From Eledone cirrhosa (lineage: Eukaryota), in contig OZ024742.1 of the NCBI GenBank assembly GCA_964016885.1, positions 10,664,001 to 10,728,000 on the forward strand: a DNA stretch of 64,000 nt, read 5' to 3'. The notes beneath the pieces were generated by a model. The model saw only the letters and a list, made by a program, of their open reading frames with translations. It did not search any database and was not told the origin of the DNA. Shown piece after piece: positions 1-14,133 of the stretch. Position numbers and translations under genes: made by a program. Position 1 is the first letter of the stretch. Every line of letters starts with the position of its first letter.

Positions 1-3000
1 GAGAGTTACACAGACTGAGGAATACAGAACACAACATAATACCCTCCACTTTCATATACTGTGACACATCATTGCTGTTGGAGAGTTACACAGACTGGGG
101 AATACAGAACACAACATAATACTCTCCACTTTCATATACTGTGACACAGCATTGCTGTTGGAGAGTTACACAGACTGAGGAATACAGAACACAACATGAT
201 ACTCTCCACTTTCATATACAGTGACACAGCATTGCTGTTGGAGAGTTACACAGACTGAGGAATACATAACACAACATGATACTCTCCACTTTCATATACT
301 GTGACACAGCATTGCTTTTGGAGAGTTACACAGACTAAGGAATACAGAACACAACATAATACACTCCACTTTCATATACTGTGACACAGCATTGCTGTTG
401 GAGAGTTACACAGATTGAGGAATGCATGACACAACATGATACACTCCACTTTCATATACTGTGACACAGCATTGCTGTTGGAGAGTTACACAGACTGAGG
501 AATGCATAACTCAACATGATACTCTCCACTTTCATATACTGTGACACAGCATTGCTGTTGGAGAGTTACACAGACTGAGGAATACATAACACAACACAAT
601 ACACTCCACTTTCATATACAGTGACACAGCGTTGCTGTTGGAGAGTTACACAGACTGAGGAATACATAACACAACATGATACTCTCCACTTTCATATACT
701 GTGACACAGAATTGCTGTTGGAGAGTTACACAGACTGGGGAATACAGAAGACAACATAATACCCTCCACTTTCATATACTGTGACACAGCATTGCTGTTG
801 GAGAGTTACACAGACTGGGGAATACATAACACAACATGATACTCTCCACTTTCATATATTGTGACACAGCATTGCTGTTGGAGAGTTACACAGACTGAGG
901 AATACAGAACACAACATAATACTCTCCACTTTCATATACTGTGACACAGCATTGCTGTTGGAGAGTTACACAGACTGAGGAATACAGAACACAACATGAT
1001 ACTCTCCACTTTCATATACAGTGACACAGCATTGCTGTTGGAGAGTTACACAGACTGAGGAATACATAACACAACATGATACTCTCCACTTTCATATACT
1101 GTGACACAGCATTGCTTTTGGAGAGTTACACAGACTGAGGAATACAGAACACAACATAATACACTCCACTTTCATATACTGTGACACAGCATTGCTGTTG
1201 GAGAGTTACACAGATTGAGGAATGCATAACACAACATGATACACTCCACTTTCATATACTGTGACACAGAATGGCTGTTGGAGAGTTACACAGACTGAGG
1301 AATACATAACACAACACAATACACTCCACTTTCATATACAGTGACACAGCATTGCTGTTGGAGAGTTACACAGACTGAGGAATACATAACACAACATGAT
1401 ACTCTCCACTTTCATATACTGTGACACAGAATTGCTGTTGGAGAGTTACACAGACTGGGGAATACAGAAGACAACATAATACCCTCCACTTTCATATACT
1501 GTGACACAGCATTGCTGTTGGAGAGTTACACAGACTGGGGAATACATAACACAACATGATACTCTCCACTTTCATATATTGTGACACAGCATTGATGTTG
1601 GAGAGTTACACAGACTGAGGAATACAGAACACAACATAATACCCTCCACTTTCATATACTGTGACACATCATTGCTGTTGGAGAGTTACACAGACTGGGG
1701 AATACAGAACACAACATAATACTCTCCACTTTCATATACTGTGACACAGCATTGCTGTTGGAGAGTTACACAGACTGAGGAATACAGAACACAACATGAT
1801 ACTCTCCACTTTCATATACAGTGACACAGCATTGCTGTTGGAGAGTTACACAGACTGAGGAATACATAACACAACATGATACTCTCCACTTTCATATACT
1901 GTGACACAGCATTGCTTTTGGAGAGTTACACAGACTGAGGAATACAGAACACAACATAATACACTCCACTTTCATATACTGTGACACAGCATTGCTGTTG
2001 GAGAGTTACACAGATTGAGGAATGCATGACACAACATGATACACTCCACTTTCATATACTGTGACACAGCATTGCTGTTGGAGAGTTACACAGACTGAGG
2101 AATGCATAACTCAACATGATACTCTCCACTTTCATATACTGTGACACAGCATTGCTGTTGGAGAGTTACACAGACTGAGGAATACATAACACATGATACT
2201 CTCCACTTTCATATACTGTGACCAAGCATTGCTGTTGGAGAGTTACACAGACTGAGGAATGCATAACACAACATGATACTCTCCACTTTCATATACTGTG
2301 ACACAGCATTGCTGTTGGAGAGTTACACAGACTGAGGAATACATAACACAACATGATACTCTCCACTTTCATATACTGTGACACAGCATTGCTGTTGGAG
2401 AGTTACACAGACTGAGGAATGCATAACACAACATGATACTCTCCACTTTCATATACTGTGACACAGCATTGCTGTTGGAGAGTTACACAGACTGAGGAAT
2501 ACATAACACAACATGATACACTCCACTTTCATATACTGTGACACAGCATTGTTGTTGGAGAGTTACACAGACTGAGGAATGCATAACACAACATGATACT
2601 CTCCACTTTCATATACTGTGACACAGCATTGCTTTTGGAGAGTTACACAGACTGAGGAATACATAACACATGATACACTCCACTTTCATATACTGTGACA
2701 CAGCATTGCTGTTGGAGAGTTACACAGACTGAGGAATGCATAACACAACATGATACTCTCCACTTTCATATACTGTGCCACAGCATTGCTGTTGGAGAGT
2801 TACACAGACTGAGGAATACATAACACAACATGATACACTCCACTTTCATATACTGTGACACAGCATTGCTGTTGGAGAGTTACACAGACTGAGGAATACA
2901 TAACACAACATGATACTCTCCACTTTCATATACTGTGACACAGCATTGCTGTTGGAGAGTTACACAGCCTGAGGAATACATAACACAACATGATACTCTC

Positions 3001-3674
3001 CACTTTCATATACTGTGACACAGCATTGCTGTTGGAGAGTTACACAGACTGAGGAATACATAACACAACATGATACTCTCCACTTTCATATACTGTGACA
3101 CAGCATTGCTGTTGGAGAGTTACACAGACTGAGGAATACAGAACACAACATAATACACTCCACTTTCATATACTGTGACACAGCATTGCTGTTGGAGAGT
3201 TACACAGACTGAGGAATACATAACACAACATATTACTCTCCACTTTCATATACTGTGACACAGCATTGCTGTTGAAGAGTTACACAGACTGAGGAATACA
3301 TAACACAACATGATACTCTCCACTTTCATATACTGTGACCAAGCATTGCTGTTGGAGAGTTACACAGACTGAGGAATATATAACACAACATGATACACTC
3401 CACTTTCATATACTGTGACACAGCATTGCTGTTGGAGAGTTACACAGACTGGGGAATACAGAAGACAACATGATACACTCCACTTTCATATACTGTGACA
3501 CAGCATTGCTGTTGGAGAGTTACACAGACTGAGGAATACATAACACAACATGATACTCTCCACTTTCATATACTGTGACACAGAATTGCTGTTGGAGAGT
3601 TACACAGACTGGGGAATACAGAAGACAACATAATACCCTCCACTTTCATATACTGTGACACAGCATTGCTGTTG
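1..3674. repeat. 80-bp tandem satellite, ~46 copies, running off the window start
   Basis: Unit gagagttacacagactgaggaatacataacacaacatgatactctccactttcatatactgtgacacagcattgctgttg recurs every 80 nt (starts at 1, 81, 161...). Two units carry 3-nt deletions. Confidence 0.98.
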
Positions 3675-3734
3675 TTTGATATTTCTAACTAAAGAAAACG
3701 ATAACATCAATAATAATAATTGTTTCTACTTTAG

Positions 3735-3910
3735 GCACAAGGCCAGCAATCAACACAGTGCATTACTGGTACTTTATTTTATCGACCCCGTAAGGATGAA
3801 AGGCAAAGTTAACCTCATCGTTATTTGAACTCAGACCATAAAGGGCCATAACTCTTTGCTGCAAAGCATGGCGTCCGACCCTCTACCGATACTGCCAATT
3901 CACTGCCCTT
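3735..3910 (-). mobile_element. tRNA-derived SINE with a Meta/Sauria-like central domain
   Basis: Minus strand reads TGGCAGTATCGGTAGA (A-box-like), GAGTTCAAAT (B-box), then gcctttcatccttacggggtcgataaaataaagtaccag. Near-identical copies lie elsewhere in the window. The Meta-domain assignment is from recalled consensus. Confidence 0.7.
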
Positions 3911-4532
3911 TAATAATAATAACAACAACAACAACAACAAATAAAAGCAAATAAAAAAAACATGAAAGGAAACAAAAGCCATGTAAAAATGTCTTCTCAC
4001 CAATGTAATACAAGAGTCGATAACTAGAATATTTATTGACTGTTAGTAAAAATGATTAGTAAAAATTGATTGCAGTAAGATGTAAACAGCTTTCAATATT
4101 CTGTCAACATATTGGCGTCTATTGGCAAAGTACAAAGTCCTCCAGTTTTGTTTAATATAGTGATGGCAATCATAGCAAGGTCTTGTCTGCATCTAACATA
4201 TTCAATAGAAAATTCTTCCCACTTCATCTTCTCTTATTCTCTTTCTATCCATTCTGCCATTCTGCTGTTCCACCTATCACTCATTCTATCTATTAGTCTA
4301 TCTATTTCACACTTATTCTTTATGTCTGTCACTTTCGACTCTTTGTTGAAAATGATTGCACTGTATTTCTCTGTTCCTTCATCTTCTTGTCTCTCTGTCT
4401 CTCATACACACACACACACACACAAACACTTGAATCTGCTAGCAAGGGTTGGATGGGTCATTACAGACCACGTCAGTATTTGAATCTAGCTATTGACTTC
4501 TTAGACAAGTTAGGAATCACATTTCCCTTTCA

Positions 4533-4674
4533 CTGGGCCCATTTTATCATGGCACCAGTACTGGGCCCATTTTATCATGGCACCAGCACTGGGCCCATTT
4601 TATCATGGCACCAGTCTGGGCCCATTTTCTCATGGCACCAGCACTGGGCCCATTTTATCACGGCACCAGCACTG
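4533..4674. repeat. 28-bp minisatellite, ~5 copies
   Basis: ctgggcccattttatcatggcaccagca repeats at 4533, 4561, 4589, ~4616 and ~4644. Confidence 0.92.
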
Positions 4675-4802
4675 TGGAAGTTACCATCTCTTTGGCACAA
4701 CTGAAGTCCTTTGTTCAGCAGGTTTTCTATGGCTGAATACCCCTCCTTTTACTAACCAATTTACACACAAATCCCTTCTCTTTACAGAGAGATATTTTCA
4801 CT

Positions 4803-5250
4803 TGGGGAGACCCAAGATGACCTGGGATGAGGTGATAAAAGCTGACCTTACCCAAGTACACCTCTCAAAAATTAAGACACATGACCGTGACCTCTGGCGT
4901 CACGCAGTAATACAGAAGACCCGACCTCCCCACGGGTACAAGCCGAAGCTGAAGCATATAGACAATATGCTCCCACACTCCCCCACTGCAAAGTAGTCAT
5001 GGAGGTGCCACAGCAAAAAAGCACCCAGCCCACACTGTAAAGTGGACGTGTAGGCGCCACGGAAAAAAGCACCCAGCACTCACTGTAAATGAGGTTGGTG
5101 TTAGGAAGGGCATCCAGCTGTAGAAATCAAGCCAGAATCAGTTCCCGTATGAGCAAGACAAGGTCAGCCGACTGGATACTGCCCACAACAGGACAACCCA
5201 TCTAACTCATGCTAGCATGGAAGAACGGATGTAAAACGGTGATGATGATA
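4803..5250 (+). mobile_element. RTE LINE 3' fragment (subfamily A)
   Basis: Encodes GRPKMTWDEVIKADLT and has a 3'UTR matching 24490-24938. Ends in (GAT)n followed by (TA)n. Confidence 0.92.
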
Positions 5251-5997
5251 TATATATATATATTCTACCTTAACTATGCCCCAACAAAACCCTTCCTTCA
5301 TATATATATCTTCTACCCTAACTATATACCCTCCCCAGCTGTATACTACACTGAAATAATAGGAACTAATGAAGGTGCCTCTATGTTGACACTCAAACTG
5401 CTATGTCTTTGATCATAGGTCTACTGAACTCAGGGCTGGCTGCCTGACCTAGGGCTAAATGAAAGCAGCATCAAATCATGGCTGCCATTTCTTTGATGAT
5501 AGAGCTGGCTGGCAGGCTGAGCTAGGGTTAAATAAAAGCAGCAACAACAATGACAATAACATCCATCTGTCTAATGTGTATTATTCCACACTTACACACA
5601 TCAGTTGTCCTACACCATTACACCCCCACAGACACACACACCACACTCCACTTCACACTCCACCCCACTCCACTCGACACTCCACCCCACACACTCCCCT
5701 CCCCTCCATCCCACTCCACCCCACACACTCCACTCCCCTCCACCCCACTCCACCCCACACACTCCACTCCCCTCCACCCCACCACTAACAATTACAACCA
5801 CACCTATACCATTGCCCTAGTTTTATGTCACAGAAACATCAATAGCCAATAATATTGATTGATTTTTCTAACTGATATTTAAATCTCTTTTATTTCCCTG
5901 TCTCTTTCTCTTTTCAACTTTGTCTTCCTTCAACTCTCTCTCTCTCTTCAACTCTCTCTCTTCAACTCTCTCTCTTCAACTCTCTCTCTTCATTCCA

Positions 5998-6037
<40 letters not shown>

Positions 6038-6198
6038 CCTTTTTTTTACATTGTTTTGAGGGAGTGTTAGCCATGGTAATAAAATCTCCTCCTACTACTA
6101 CTATTATTACTACTACCACCACTACTACTGCCACTATCAGTACTACCACCACCACCACCACCACCATCAGTACTACTATAATAATTGTTTCTACTTTT

Positions 6199-6510
6199 GG
6201 CACAAGGCCAGCAATTATCCAGTACATTACTGGTACTTTATTTTATCGACCCCGTAAGGATGAAAGGCAAAGTTAACCTCGGCGGGATTTGAACTCAGAT
6301 CATAAAGGGCCATAACTCTTTGCTGCAAAGCATGGCGTCTGACCCTCTACCGATACTGCCAATGGTTCCAATTTTGGCACAAGGTCAGCAATTTATGTAG
6401 GAAAGAAAAGTCGTTGATATCATCCCCAATACATTACTGGTACTTTATATCATCACACTTGAAAGGATGAAAGCCAAAGTTGATCTTGGTGGGATTTGAA
6501 CTCAGGAATT
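6199..6510 (-). mobile_element. Two tandem tRNA-derived SINE copies (same family as 3735-3910)
   Basis: ggcacaagg...cattactggtacttta...aaggatgaaag...gggatttgaactcag occurs twice. Confidence 0.8.
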
Positions 6511-6693
6511 AGAGAACTGTAATAAATCCAGACAGACTATTTTATCCGATTCTCTACAAATTGTAGAGAATCCACCAGATTCTGCCAATAATAATTTTTC
6601 ATATAAAGACGAGACCCCAATATTTTGGTGAAGAATAAACTCAATTATATCAGATACGGTAATTTACTGGTAATGTATTTATTATATTGATTA

Positions 6694-6908
6694 TACGAGG
6701 GTTGTTTGTAAGTTCAAAGGCTGACCAAGATACTCTCTGGAATGAACAAATGAGGTTTATTTTTCAACATAACACCTGGAAGAAAACAATGCAGTTATTC
6801 ATTTGAAGACTTGAAATTAATGTATGCAAGATTCACAGCTCTAGAATCACTCCTTCATAGGCTGACTAAGATACTCTCATGTAATGAACAAATGAGGTTT
6901 ATTTTCCT
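6694..6908. mobile_element. Mariner internal-deletion derivative (MITE-like) with a partial tandem copy
   Basis: Starts TACGAGGG. Segments match both ends of the mariner at 34607-35812 (tgaccaagatactctc...aaatgaggtttatttttcaacata and gaaattaatg...ttcacagctctag). Confidence 0.75.
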
Positions 6909-6957
6909 ACAAAACATGGTTTAACTACACAACAAGTCTCTGATATCTGAATGTCAG

Positions 6958-7120
6958 CAGAAGGGGACCCAGGAATTATGACCTAGGAAGGGGAGCCAGA
7001 GGTCATGACCTAGGAAGGGGAGCCAGGAGTGATGACCTAGGTAGGGGACCCAGGAGTTATGACCTAGGAAGGGGAGCCAGGAGTGATGACCTAGGAAGGG
7101 GACCCAGGAGTCATGACCTG
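6958..7120. repeat. ~27-bp minisatellite, ~6 copies
   Basis: atgacctaggaagggga(g/c)ccaggagt repeated. Confidence 0.9.
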
Positions 7121-7164
7121 ACTCCCTTAGAGTATAAGAAGTAAATCAAATTCACACAGCCCAA

Positions 7165-7441
7165 CCATAATTGAAAGTTAAATGTCAGTCCACCTTGTGG
7201 ACCTGGTTGACAAGATGGAGAAGACTTTGTACTGGAGCAGTGAAGACTTGTGGTGTTCTTGGCACCTGGACCACAACCCTACATATTGCTATTGGAGCAG
7301 AGTTGGCTGCCAGCAGGTGAGAGCCCCATGAGGTGGAGTGGCTGTTCCAGTACATCTCCCTCACTGTCCTCCTGGGCAATGTCTTCTCCATCCTGTTGGC
7401 CAGGTCCACAAGATGGACTGACCCTCAAGTTTCAATTATGG
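7165..7441 (+). mobile_element. Degenerate CRE/REL-endonuclease-type non-LTR retrotransposon 3' end, with an inverted copy of its 3' terminus
   Basis: Frame from 7231 reads TGAVKTCGVLGTWTTTLHIAIGAELAASR*EPHEVEWLFQYISLTVLLGNVFSILLAR. This resembles the PxAVETxGxxG...WLxQRISxAxxRGNA C-terminus of CRE-like elements. 7165-7229 is an inverted copy of 7377-7441. Confidence 0.6.
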
Positions 7442-7649
7442 CGTGTAACAAGTTAAGGGTTAAAACACTTGCCTGAGGAGGTATGTGTTCTCTGAAAGAG
7501 CTTCTGACGGCCAGCTCTCCTGACAGTTATCACTGCCAGGAATGTTATCAGATGTTTCAATGTCTGCTATTTGTCACCATTAAGTGGTAATGAACCACAA
7601 GTTGTGTCAGTCATTTTACCATATCTACCAAATCTCCCTCCATTACACC

Positions 7650-8680
7650 AGACAACAACCCCAACTATTATCACTACCACGATTACAACTATTACCACCA
7701 CTACTACTACCACTACCACCAGTACCACCACCACCACCACCCCTACTGCCACCACCACCACCCCTACTACCACCACCCCTACTACTACCACCACCACCAC
7801 CACCACTACCACCACAACCACCACTAGTACCACTACTACCATCACCACCACTACCACGACAACCACCATCACTATCACCACCACTACTACCACCACAACC
7901 ACCACTACCACCACCACTACCACAACCACCACCACAACCACCACCGCTACCACCACCACCACCACCACTACTACTACTTCCACCACCACTACCACCACAA
8001 CCACCACTACTACCATCACCACTACTACTACCTCCACCACCACTACTACTACCACCACCACTACTACCACCATCACCACCACTACTACCACCACAACCAC
8101 CACTACCACCACCACTACCACCACAACCACCACTACTACTACTACCACCACAACCACAACCACCACTGCTACCACCACCACCACCATTACTACTAGCTCC
8201 ACCACCACTACCACCACAACCACCACTACTACCACCACCACCATCACCACTACTGCTACCTCCACCACTACCACCACCACCACTACCACCACCACCACCA
8301 CTACCACCACCACCACTACCACCCCTACCACCACACCACCACCACTACCACCACCACTACCCCACCGCCACCACCACTACCAGCACCCCCACCACCACCA
8401 CACCACCACTACCACCCCCACCACCACCACACCACCACCACCCCTACCATCACTACCACCACCACCACTCCCCCCCACCACCACCACTACCACTACCACC
8501 ACCACCACTACCACCCCTACCACCACACCACTACCACTACCACTACCATCACTACCACCACCACCACCACTATCCCCCCCCCCCACAACCACCACCACTA
8601 CCACCACTACCACCCCTACCACCACACCACCACCACCACTGCCACCACACCACCACCACACCACCCCACTACCACCACAG
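7650..8680. repeat. (ACC/ACT)n low-complexity tract
   Basis: Degenerate trinucleotide repeat; source of the poly-T/P/V ORFs. Confidence 0.95.
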
Positions 8681-8769
8681 TTGCAATACCAACATCAAGC
8701 CAGAGATCACAGAAATTGGACTTCAATAATGTTGGATCATTAGTTGTTTGAAGATTGTGATGATGATGT

Positions 8770-9090
8770 TGGTGGTTATAGTGTGGGGGGGGTTATAGTG
8801 GTGGTAGTGGTGGTGGTGGTGGTGGTGGTGGTGGTGGGGGTAGTGGTGGTGGTAGTGGGGGTGGTGTGGTGGTGGTGGTGGTAGTGGTGGTGGGGGTGGT
8901 AGTGGTGGTGGGGGTGGTAGTGGTGGGGGTGGTAGTGGTGGTGGTGTGGTGGTAGTGGTGGTGGTAGTGGTGAAAGTGGTGGTGGTAGTGGTGGTGGTAG
9001 TGGTGAGAGTGGTGGTGGTAGTAGTAGTGGTGGTGGTGGTGTTGAGGCTAAGATGTAGTGTCAACAGTAGTAATGTGGTGGTGGTGGTGC
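8770..9090. repeat. (GGT/AGT)n tract, opposite orientation to 7650-8680
   Basis: Read directly from the sequence. Confidence 0.95.
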
Positions 9091-9156
9091 CAGTGATGAA
9101 ACTATGGCCCCTACATTTTCTACTAACTCCCACTTACCATTATATATGGCAATATC

Positions 9157-9322
9157 TGTAGAGGGTCGGACGCCATGCTTTGACGCATAGAGTTACGGCC
9201 CTTGCTATTCTGAGTTCAAATCCCGCCGAGGTTAACTTTGCCTTTCTTCCTTACGGGGTCGATAAAATAAAGTACCAGTAATGTACTGGATGATTGCTGG
9301 TCTTGTGCCAAAGGTAGAAACA
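9157..9322 (+). mobile_element. tRNA-derived SINE (same family as 3735-3910)
   Basis: gagttcaaatcccgccgaggttaactttgcctttc...cggggtcgataaaataaagtaccag. Confidence 0.8.
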
Positions 9323-10111
9323 ATTATATCTGGTGGAAATCATACCAACCCAACTCCTCACATTTGGCCCACTGTGTGTCCCCGCACCCACCCAGGATGT
9401 AATGGCACCTTCTGAATGTATGAGTGTGAAAACCCTGATCTAGGGTCAAATTGTCCAATGTGTGTCTGTGGATGTTGTTGTTGTTGTCGTTGTTGTTGTT
9501 GTTAAACCGTACGATCTGTTATTAAATATATTCCAGCCACTGGTGAGGACCCCATCATCATGTCTATATATCTAAGGCTGTATTGTCTGTCATTTGGGGG
9601 GAAGGGGTTGGATGATGTGGGGGGGGGGTGAATTTGCAGGAATGTGGCTATTATTGAAAGGTCAGTAAGAGGGAGGGGGCTGTAGTGCTTTGCTGGTGGT
9701 GGTGTGGGGGGTGCGGTGGAGATAAGGTAACGGTGTGGGGAGGGGGGGTAGTGGTGTGAGATGGTGGAGATGTAGTGTAATGGGGTGGGTGGTGGATTGG
9801 AGGTAGTTGTGTGGGGTGGGTAAGAGGTAGTTTTATGGGATAGATTCCTGGTAGTTATGTCAGGGGAGGGGGGCCTAGGATTTTAAATAATCTTTAAACA
9901 AAAACAAATTATGGTTTCGATTTCTCTTCCACTTTCTGCCTCTTATCTCCTCTCTCTCCCTTTTATTCTCACTCTCTCTCACTACTGGCTCTATCACTGC
10001 TGATCTCTCTCTCTCTCTTTCTCTATCTATCTTTGTCTATCTCTCCTCTCTCTTCTCTCTGGTTTCTTCACTCTCCTTCTTTCTTATCAACTTATCTCTC
10101 ACTTTTCCCCG

Positions 10112-10185
<74 letters not shown>

Positions 10186-10740
10186 CCTATCTACCTCTTT
10201 ATCACTGACATAACATTTCACACTTTCTTACTTTCACTTTTACATAACTCACTTTCTCTCTCCTTAGTGTCATTCTCACTCCCCCCCCTCTTCTCTCCTT
10301 GTGTGTAACCTTCACTCTATCTCTCACCCTTTTCTTTCTCACCTTTATCTGTCTCACCAAATAATGTTATTTTTATAGTAAATATATATCATAGACTATC
10401 AGCTATTCTTGCCATATCTCACACACAAACACCAACACATACACACATAAATAGATATATAGATAGACATATAGACACATATATAGATATAGACACATGC
10501 ACACATAAAAATCCACATGCAAATACCCATAGACACAGATATACACACATACATATACACCATCACATAGGCACACACACCCTGCATGATCCTCTAACAT
10601 AATGCCTGCTAGCAATGTTGTTCTGTCTGCTAAAATCACTAACTGCCTTCAGGGGAAAACTTCCTTGACTCACTAAATTATACAGTAAAACTGCATAAGT
10701 AATTATATATATATATATATATTGAGGGAGAGACAGACAG

Positions 10741-11189
<449 letters not shown>

Positions 11190-11797
11190 ATATGTATAGA
11201 TGTATATATAGATAGATAGATATATTCAGCTGAAGGCCTCCGTTTCCACATTGTCTCTCTGCTACAACATTACCAAACTGATGAGACAAATGCTACAAGC
11301 CCCATCACCACAACACATGTTTACACCAACTAACTGAATACATTACTATATATATATATACATATATAATCATCATGTCAGCTTTTCCCTGCTTTCAAGG
11401 ATTGGACAAGTTCTCTTCAGCACAGCATCTCTCCATTCATCATGGTCACTTGCCATCTCCAGACTTATTTCACCTTATTTAGGGTATATAGATATATAGA
11501 TTTGTAAAAGTGCTTGAGTATACATGAATCTAACCATGTACTGTGCCATTTGTTTGTTATTTTTGTTATTACTTCTGGTTAAACCTGGCCTTGGATTTTG
11601 CACCTAGAAAGTTTCCTTTCTTTGTGGAAGACCATCCCTTACCCATTCATACCAGTTTCCCCTCAACACACCAATGATTGTAGACCAAGGAAAAGGCAAT
11701 GACTGATACAGCTTGGTACCAGTGACATTACAACACATTTCTACAGCTGAGTGGTATGGAGCAACATGAAATAAAGTTTCTATATATATATATATAT

Positions 11798-12535
<738 letters not shown>

Positions 12536-12699
12536 CTTTAGTCCAGAAATAGCCGTTGAAACGGCTTGAGCTCTGCCGTCGGGGTCATACTTTTTCCTAT
12601 ATATATATGTAGACACATATATACACACATATACATATATATATATATGTATATATGTATATGTGTATGTATGTGTCTGTATATATATGTGTGTATGTA

Positions 12700-12742
<43 letters not shown>

Positions 12743-12792
12743 ATGTGTATGTATGTGTCTATACTATACATATATATGTATATGTGTATATA

Positions 12793-12829
<37 letters not shown>

Positions 12830-12923
12830 GTGGAACACTGGAAGGTAATATCCGTAGTGGCAGAGCACTCAGTCCAGGGGGCGAATTAGGTAGAAGTGTT
12901 TACACAACAGTTAGTTCACCATA

Positions 12924-12963
12924 CCGAGAACAATTGTTTCACCTTCGCGGATCTTCAGCTCGG
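12924..12963 (-). ncRNA. Minimal type I hammerhead ribozyme in the PLE pseudo-LTR
   Basis: ccgag-CTGAAGA-tccgcgaaggt-GAAA-caattg-TT-ctcgg. Palindromic stem III; first stem II pair mismatched. Confidence 0.7.
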
Positions 12964-13030
12964 GATGTGTATGGTTATAGGAACAGGAAGGACAACCGTA
13001 CGAACGCGCATGCGCAGAAACCCAGTCGCT

Positions 13031-13627
13031 TCACACAGGCAATACTAGACCGCGTGCGAGAGGTGTAAGGGAGATAACTGCGAAAGTCCGAAAGTTTTTA
13101 AGTTGAAAATAAAATAAAATTACAAAGAATAAGGCCGGAGCCTTGTAGTTATGCAATAGGTGTTTGGCGACATGTGGACAACGTGTGAAAAATTCACTTC
13201 TCGTGTTTAGGCAATCATTATTGCGTAATCTCTTTAGAATAGTTATTCTTTCGTCAATACATAAGCCACATGTCGGATTTCTCCTTGCGTATGGTTTGGA
13301 CTTAGTGATGGCTTTCCATTGGATGGAGTAGTCTGTACTTGAGTCCTTGAGGGACCATACGTGGCTCGCGAGTTTCGTGGATGAATGTCTGTCCGGGTAT
13401 CTGAAGGTAGACTGGTGGTTCAGAAAACGTTCCTTGAATCGGCCCTCCGCCATGCCCACATAGGATTTGACCTCCTGTGGTTCGTTTGGTTGGTTGGAAA
13501 TGACCAGAGCTTCATAGATTACAGCTGGTGTGTTGCATTGCTGTTGAAAGGGGCAAGCTTCAGGCTTACGGCAAGAGCACCCTGGTGGGGTGTTGCTCCT
13601 AGGGCTGCTGGTGATGTGGACCTTCAT
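13031..13627 (-). pseudogene. GIY-YIG endonuclease domain of the Penelope-like element
   Basis: CSC..CP...C, VIY...YVG, RFKERFLNH, CGLC..E and LNTRSE...CPH motifs. Frameshifted relative to the upstream RT part. Confidence 0.9.
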
Positions 13628-14093
13628 GTTCTTACCGCAGGAGTATCCTAGTTTAACTTTGTGTCGGTTAAAGATGGAGCGGTATTTATGACCTTGGGGA
13701 AGTGTCTATCTAAGAGGGCTAGACATTTTTTTCCTACATTGGTTTTAACGTTGAGTGAGAAGCGAGGAGAGAACCAGATAGTTTGTCTATTGTTGCGCTT
13801 ACTTTTCTTAATGGTGTTGTTGCTAGTTGGAGAGTAAGTGATAGGTTGTGAGAAGCCGCTGTTAGCCAACCCCGTGTTATAGTAGGGTGCCGCCCTGTCA
13901 AAGATAGCCTTATTAGAGGAGAGGTTTGAGATTCTAGTACTGATATTCTTAACAAAGTTTCTAAAAACAGTGGGAGGGTGGCATGAGTCCTTGTGAATGT
14001 AATTAAGTTTCTCGTTTAGCTTATGGAAGGGTCTGTGGGTGTGTGTGCGAAGGTTGTACGGTTGTCCTTCCTGTTCCTATAACCATACACATC

Positions 14094-14133
14094 CCGAGCT
14101 GAAGAACCGCTAAGGTGAAACAATTGTTCTCGG
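14094..14133 (+). ncRNA. Minimal type I hammerhead ribozyme in the inverted PLE pseudo-LTR
   Basis: ccgag-CTGAAGA-acc(gctaa)ggt-GAAA-caattg-TT-ctcgg. Stem I 5 bp, stem II 3 bp, GUU site. Confidence 0.8.

Noticed and set aside
1-3674. CTGAGGA in each 80-bp monomer as a satellite hammerhead
   Set aside because: No GAAA on the same strand and no stems I-III.
7524-7590. YHCQECYQMF resembling a C2H2 zinc-finger start
   Set aside because: No His pair follows and a stop comes shortly after.
7571-8743. 390-aa Thr/Pro-rich 'mucin-like' ORF and overlapping poly-Val/Pro ORFs
   Set aside because: Several frames on both strands are open only because (ACC)n lacks stops. There is no signal peptide or splice support, and frame character shifts mid-tract.
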